DNA from: Eledone cirrhosa
Taxonomy: Eukaryota
Length of the DNA stretch: 64,000 bases
Reading direction: 5' to 3'
Assembly: GCA_964016885.1 (NCBI GenBank)
Contig: OZ024740.1
Coordinates: 148,428,001-148,492,000, forward strand
The position numbers and the translations under genes were made by a program. Within the stretch, counting starts at the first letter, position 1. Every line of letters begins with the position of its first letter. Below are positions 57,225 through 64,000 of this stretch, in pieces. The notes under the pieces are model-generated. The model had not been told where the DNA came from, searched no databases, and was given only the letters and a program-made list of their open reading frames with translations.

Positions 57225-57370
57225 CACTAGAACGTCGCTTAAAATGTCCTGCAGTATTTATTCCTGCTCTTTGAACCCTTGATTTAAATTCCACTGAATT
57301 CAGCGTTGTATTTCTTCCTTTCAGGGTCGATAAATAAAATACCAGTCAACTAATGGGATCGACTGTATTT
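57225..57370 (+). mobile_element. Degenerate SINE copy
   Basis: TTTAAATTCCACTGA..CCTTTCAGGGTCGATAAATAAAATACCAGT. Confidence 0.55.
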
Positions 57371-58517
57371 TCTCTCCTCTTTAGATTATCCTTTTTAATT
57401 GAAGTGTGCAGAATTATCACATTGCGTCCTACTGATTTCTGGCCCCACTGATTCTGACTGAAAATTACGTTAGGGGTACACATATTTGTTGTACACCCTT
57501 TATGCTATTATACTATTTATATTTCTCTGTTCTCTGTTATTATATAGCATTCAAATTAATCTAATTAAAATTGCGGACAAGATAACATCGTGAGCAGTTA
57601 GAAAAATACCCTCAAATTCAATTAGTATTCATCCTATACCCCAAGCACAAACAAGAACAAAACAGTATTTACACGATCTAATACTCCAATTACCATCAAG
57701 ATATTAATAATATTCACACCATCGTATGCCCAAATCACCAAAAAGACAACATTGTATGCTCCAATCAACAAGTTAAAAACGATATTCACACTTGAAAGTA
57801 ACTCTGCTGTAAAAGTTGTTATGTAGGTCCAGGTCGTCTCAGATGGTATAGGTAGCAGGCTGAATGAGGAGATAAGGTCCACATTTTTAAATGCACCTTT
57901 GAACAGCCTAGCTAATATCAATACTGCAAACGGGAATATGCAGTGATAAAACATACGAAGAGTAACTGACCAGTCATGGAATTTGTACTGTCTTTTCCAT
58001 ATCTAGTGATGGCTTCTGTGAAAGGAAACACGTTGGTCTCGGACAGAACAGCCGATACTTTGGAGATTGTAACCGCCACAAAATTAGAAATTGTCTATAA
58101 GGCACATTACATACGAAAATACAAACAACAATGATTTCGCATGAAAATCCTCATAGTCGGCGCTACCGTTAGACTAGTTAAGTTGCCTCCTAGGACACAG
58201 ACCCCAGAGGGGCTCTTAATGAAAATTAAAGTATCACAGTTTTATATGAATTTGTATAATTGGATTACATATATAATAATTTCCGGCGATCAGTATATAA
58301 TTCACTAAAGATCTTTGCCACCTAACAGTGTTATAGAAATATTGAAAGTGATTGAGAAGGTCGTATTGTATTATGATCTGTAACATAATTTGTCTTGGAT
58401 AAGGATGGGCTGTGTAGTAGAAAATGCAGGCTTACTAGCTTTCTTAGTGCGCCGAGAGTAAGAATTGTCAAAGAAATAGGTTCATCAACTTTTAAAGTTG
58501 GAATTATTATTATTATT

Positions 58518-58720
58518 TGGCAGAATCGGTAGAGCGTCCGACACCTTGCTTCGTAGCATAGTTACGTCTCTTTACATTCTGAGTTCAAATTCCACCGAGG
58601 TTAACTTTGCCTTTCATCCTTACAAGGTCGATAAAATAAAGTACCAGTAATGCACTGGGTCGATTTAATCGACTTTCCCCTCCTCCCACTTTCTGGCCTT
58701 GTGCCTATACTAGAAATCAT
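58518..58720 (+). mobile_element. tRNA-derived SINE copy after (TTA)n
   Basis: Same A box, B box, core and tail. Confidence 0.85.
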
Positions 58721-60034
58721 CATGATTATTTTTTTTTTGGGGGGGGGGGGGGGCGTATGCGAGATATAATTCGGCGAAATAGAGCCGCGTGTTGTGGGGC
58801 TAGCCTATGGCACTAAATATACAGTTGTCGATTCTGAACATCGTATAGTTCAGAGTTGCTAAATACACACGCTCGCTCATATACCCATGCACACACGCAT
58901 ACACGCACACACATACACGCATACTCACGCACACATAACCATGCATATACACACATTTACTATATACACAGATAACATAAATTGAATAAATACATTAAAG
59001 AAAACTATATACATATACAAATACATCGTTGTATGGACATGTGGGTAATTAATAACATTTATTATGTTTACAGAAATCTTTATTGTAAAGTAAGTAAACA
59101 CATTTGAAGGAAAAAGGATTAGTTTTTATAAATCCATAAACCATTCTGTCTGTGAGATGGTGTTATACACCACTGAAAAGCTTCTAATTACAATGTATTC
59201 CTTAAGAATTAATATAAGGTGTCACTTTCTATGAATATTCCAGCTATTTTAGTACTTACTACGGTATTAGAGAACCCCCACTGTTTCCGTGTGAAAGAAA
59301 ACGAAGTGAAATATTTTATCTCTTTAAAGTTGATATCAAATGACCTAAGAGATTTGTTGGAATAATAATGCAGTGGTGTAACTACATGTTTTAAATCAAG
59401 AGAAATATAATATATAGTTGGTGATGCTAAATTCCGTTAAATGAAACAGACTATTGTGCCCAACCTACGGAACGAGTATCTCCTATCATATGCTAAGATC
59501 TTTTAGATGGCGGTAAGGCACAAACCCCTAAATAGCTCATCATCTGACAATCTTTTTTCATAAGTAGTTTAGTAGTATAAAATAGTTAGTTGCTAAGAAC
59601 CTAATTGTAAAATGCCTATAACTCAACATGCCGACACACTAGCGAAGCATCACATCGATTAACAGCAAATAAGAGAAACAATAAAATATAATTTATTATT
59701 TATGTGACATTTGGCGGAGCTCGGTGACGTGGAACACTCAATATAATGTTGTGAGATTTAGCTGAGCCCCTTTATGTTCTGAGTTGACATCCCTCTGGTA
59801 TGGTATAATTTATTATAACACACTCCGCACAAAAACGAAATGCCGCATTTTTACTTGGAAAGCAATATTTGGATACATCTCTCAGACTTATGGGTTCAAC
59901 TTTCACTGAGGGTGATTTAAAATTGTGTCTTTCCGCGACCTATAAAACTAAGTACAAGTGAAGTATCGAATAGGTTCCATCCACCTCAGAAATATATGGT
60001 CATGTTTCTTATTCATTTATGACATTAATAATGA

Positions 60035-60430
60035 TTTCTTATATAGGCACAAGGCCAACAATTTTTTGGGGGTGGGGGTGGGGGTGGGGGGTAATGTTGA
60101 TTACATCGACCCCAGTGGGTGATTGGTTCTTTATTTTATCGAGTCCGTAAGGATGAAAGGCAAAGTTAATCTTGGCGGGATTTAAACTCAGATGATAATG
60201 GGCCGTAACTCTATGCTACAAAGCATGGCGTCCGACCCTCTACCGATACTGCCAGTAATTGTTTCTACTTTTGGTACAAGGCCAGCAATTAAAACAGTGT
60301 ATTACTGGTACTTTATTTTATCGACCCCGTAAGGATGCTAGGCAAAGTTAACCTCGTCGGGATTTGAACTCAGAATGGCAAGGGCCGTAACTCTATGCTT
60401 GGCGTCCGACCCTCAACTGGTACTGCCAAA
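60035..60430 (-). mobile_element. Tandem SINE dimer (two head-to-tail copies)
   Basis: Two successive reverse-complement copies, ~60035-60253 and ~60256-60428. Confidence 0.85.
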
Positions 60431-61075
60431 GTGAAAGACGAAGGAATATGATTTGAAGATTTTTCTTTCGTTCCACATTAATATGTATATTTAATTTATC
60501 AGCAACATTGATTACATTTTTTTTTTCTGCTCTTGTCTTACTTTTTTAATATATCTGTTAGGTCAAATACTATTAACGTAATAAAAATATGTTATCAAAA
60601 TAAACGTCTATTGTTTGTGATTTGATTTACATGTCGAAATTTAGCTTTACATAAGAATAATCTGTTTATGAATCTGCTTTAGAAAATGCCAAATTCATGA
60701 GAGAACAATTATACGTCATATTATAACTTCATTAATTCAGTTGTCAGTTAATTCCAGACATCTGCTTAGCTGCCTAACTATTTACCTCCTTTTAGCCGAT
60801 CGACATATAAACATATTCATTATTGGCAGTGGTGTGTGACAAGACGTTCAGACACCGGATGTGTCAAACCTCCGTTATAAATACACATTGCATCACAGTA
60901 GAGAGCAATTTCTTAGAACACCCACGGGTAAAAACCACGCTGCTAAGACAAACGTGTATTCTTTTCATGACAAACAATTATAACAGATGGACAAAGATAC
61001 GGACAAGCAACCACACATATAAAAACATACACACACATATATATATATAACAGAACCTACACAGAGCATCTTTCT

Positions 61076-61490
61076 TCAAAAATGTTGTTCAGATGAGGAG
61101 GAGGGGCGGAAGCTGAGGAGAATAACTGTCGGGTTATGTGCGTCCAACCACGTCGCTCCCGGATGCTGATGGCACTGAGGATGAAGTGACTTTTTCTTAC
61201 TTCCGCCCCGACCATCCCCCACGCCGTGTCCTATCCTATTGTGGTAACTGCAGCCATGGTCTTTACCACAGCGACCTAACGTTGTTTCTGCATCTGATGC
61301 TGCCTGACGCCATCTTCTTCCGTTTTTCACTTTTAAATCTCTTGGAAGATGGCAGTCAAGTGACTCTCGTTCCCGCAGATAGACCAACTAGATCTCTTGA
61401 TTTCCCTACTATTCTAATTGACCTTCTGTCTCCTCGCACTATGGGATATAACGTCAAAATGACGCTGATATCTGGTCTCGACTAGACCTC
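61076..61490 (-). mobile_element. Degenerate R2-superfamily (Hero-like) LINE fragment
   Basis: RES..KVKNGRRWRQAASDAETTL..NRIGHG resembles the post-RT motif TGRKW..AV..AE..L..R.GLG (from memory). Confidence 0.35.
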
Positions 61491-61499
61491 ATGTTATTG

Positions 61500-61695
61500 G
61501 GAATCAGCTGTACGTTAATTGTCGATTAGATCAATCCAGTACATAACTAGTACTTTATTGCATCGATCCTGGAAGGAAGAAAAGTAGAGTTGACCTCTGT
61601 GGGATTTTAACTCAGAACGTACAGACCCCGAACAAATACTGCTACACATTTGGTCGACGCTCAATCGACTCGGCCAATCCACTACAGAAACAACA

Positions 61696-61742
<47 letters not shown>

Positions 61743-61932
61743 TAACAATAATAATTGTTTCTACTTTTGGCACAAGGTCAGCAATTACCCAGTACATTAC
61801 TGGTACTTTATTTTATCGACCCTGTAAGGATGAAAGACAAAGTTAATCTCGGTGGGATTTGAATTCAGACCGTAAAGGGCCGTAACTCTATGCTGCAAAG
61901 CATGATGTCAGACCCTCTACCGATACTGCCAA
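61500..61932 (-). mobile_element. Two SINE copies separated by (CTA)n (degenerate ~61500-61685; intact ~61750-61932)
   Basis: Reverse-complement core and B box in each copy. Confidence 0.75.
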
Positions 61933-61934
61933 TA

Positions 61935-62540
61935 ATTTTTTTATTGGCCACAAGGTCCGACATTTAGGGGTCAATACAAAAACAGGAACAGCAGGTTTAC
62001 AGGAAAAATAGAGTAAAAAGAAAAATAAACATTAACAAATAACTATAAAATACAAGAATAAAATTCTGCGAAAGAGAGGAGGAAGAGCCTTGTTTGAAGA
62101 CACCCTGGGTGGTTTTGATGGTTCTTGCTTTTGCTGGTTGGGTTAATGGTGTTTATCTTGCTATTATTTGGTGTATTGTTTGTTTGTCTGTATGCTGTTT
62201 TGGTGACGTTATTGTTGGTGTTGTTACTGCTACCGTTGTTGGTGCCGCTGCTGTCACTGTTCGTTGCTGGGGCACTTCTTGTCGGGGCCCTCGTGTTGGC
62301 AGCAAATGTACTCTGTGGCTTCCCGGTGTTTTCTGTAGTAGAGGGCAGAAAGTTCTTATGTGGGTAGTTTATACACACCGATGGCACCCAGATTTTTGGG
62401 CTCAAAGACCACACGCCGCTATGCGCCACATAAAAATCTAAGAAGATTCGGTCCCCTTTTTATTTGCTGCCCCAAATCTTTATTTCACGCCTTATATAGC
62501 GTTTTCACTATATTAATCTACCTAATAGGCATGCTATCAC
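61935..62540 (-). mobile_element. Degenerate, internally deleted Tx1-like element (ORF1-like A/C-rich part joined to a 3' tail)
   Basis: The reverse complement ends CCTTGTGGCCAATAAAAAA. The upstream part is Thr/Asn/Pro-rich, like ORF1 at 51700-52200. Confidence 0.4.
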
Positions 62541-63613
62541 GATTGTCAGTGCACAAATCATAATCGATATTTAAACCGTTTACAAAATCATATAAGCACT
62601 TATATTTTAGATTCCGAAAGTATTAAATCAGGAATGATGTTAGAAAATCAAATCTATTGACTTTAAGACAATGTCTAATTGATATAAGTGACACTTAATT
62701 CCGAAAAACGCCGATCTAGCTAAAGACAGAGAAAAGCTATCCAACCCCCATTAATTCACCAACAACCTCTTTTAAAAAGAAAGGAAACATTGGATATTGT
62801 GGTCCAATATAAAGTATGTCTCAACAAAAAGAAAGCATAGTCACAGCAGGTATGCCTTTGTGCATAGGTCGGTCTGATCGATCTGGTTTTGTCTATCGTT
62901 AAACATTAATGACAACAACATGAAATTAGAGACTATAGATAACCTAGCCCATTTTATCATTGATATACCAGCACCAACACCAGCGCTCTCAGCATTACAG
63001 CAACAATATTAATAATGTTGATGACGTTTGTCAGAAGAACGATCAGCGTTTTATTTCCAGTAATCAAACAACTAATTGACTACGGTCTGTTGCTGACGAT
63101 ACCAGAGCGCTGCTGACGAGATGTGTGATAATATTGATAAGAATAACAATTGTCGGGTTGTGTCTCATTGGGCGGTAACAGTGGGTGAGATTGACGAGCA
63201 AACGTTGCAGTCGGACAAAATGGTGGCGGTACTGATGATGGTGATGATGGTGGTGAGTGTGGTGGTAGTAATATTGAGTGTAGGTTACGGAAGACAGCGT
63301 ACACTATGCGAAAAAAGGGACTAATATAAAGAATAACGAGGTGGTGGGGGACGAAGCTGAAGTGGAATGGAAAAGAAGGGTATAAGGAAAGGAGTGTAAT
63401 AGGAAGAGAGAGTATGAGTGGGACGGCTTGCTTGGTATGAGTAACAGGATATCTAAACATGTTTCACTGAGGGAGGTGAGATATCAAAACACGTTCATCA
63501 TGTAAATGAACGAACACACATACACGTACGTACGTATGTATGTATGTATGTATATATATTTTGATGTATGTATGTATGTATATATATATAAATATATATA
63601 TATAAACGCCCCT

Positions 63614-63703
<90 letters not shown>

Positions 63704-63782
63704 GGGCGTCACACCTCAATAAATGTAATGAAGATCTACCACCTAGTCCATTTTATTACTATTATCATTAATTATATATATA

Positions 63783-63889
<107 letters not shown>

Positions 63890-64000
63890 TATATATATAT
63901 ATAAGAGAGAAATGGAAGAGTAAATAAGTAACTAGATAAAATATTGTAATTTTATCTGAAACGTATAATATTATAATATATTTAATAGAAATATAAAACT

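Noticed and set aside
57810-57960. Candidate Hlx exon 2 after an AG
   Set aside because: In the required phase it reads GPGRLRWYR* and stops; it looks more like a decayed RTE remnant.
63080-63460. 126-aa Pro/Ser-rich ORF on the - strand
   Set aside because: Low-complexity (GAT/GGT) sequence with no recognisable domain or splice context.

Overview
This is a very AT-rich, microsatellite-saturated animal genomic window. The SINE and LINE repertoire suggests a mollusc, probably an octopus-like cephalopod (inference). The only host gene I can support is the first coding exon of an Hlx/H2.0-like homeobox gene (+ strand, 4426-5416, two eh1-type motifs, AAG|GTAAGT donor). I found no homeobox exon downstream, so the remaining ~58 kb is probably intron 1. 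That region is packed with retroelements that appear partitioned by microsatellite type. A full-length Tx1/L1-clade LINE with a 19-bp TSD and two truncated copies sit at (TCTA)n. R4/Dong-clade fragments are stacked in (TAA)n. A young bipartite RTE-derived non-autonomous element occurs in 5 copies at (TATG)n/(TA)n. There are about 12 copies of a tRNA-derived SINE and one Penelope-like (probably Naiad) GIY-YIG fragment. The most notable signal is in the (TA)n tracts: many short, non-coding, asymmetric fold-back inserts from several unrelated families, carrying at least 14 type I hammerhead-ribozyme motifs folded by hand. In three families the fold-back turning point coincides with the hammerhead core or stem II. 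Almost all ORFs in the supplied track are microsatellite translations (YI/CV/HT repeats) and are not genes.
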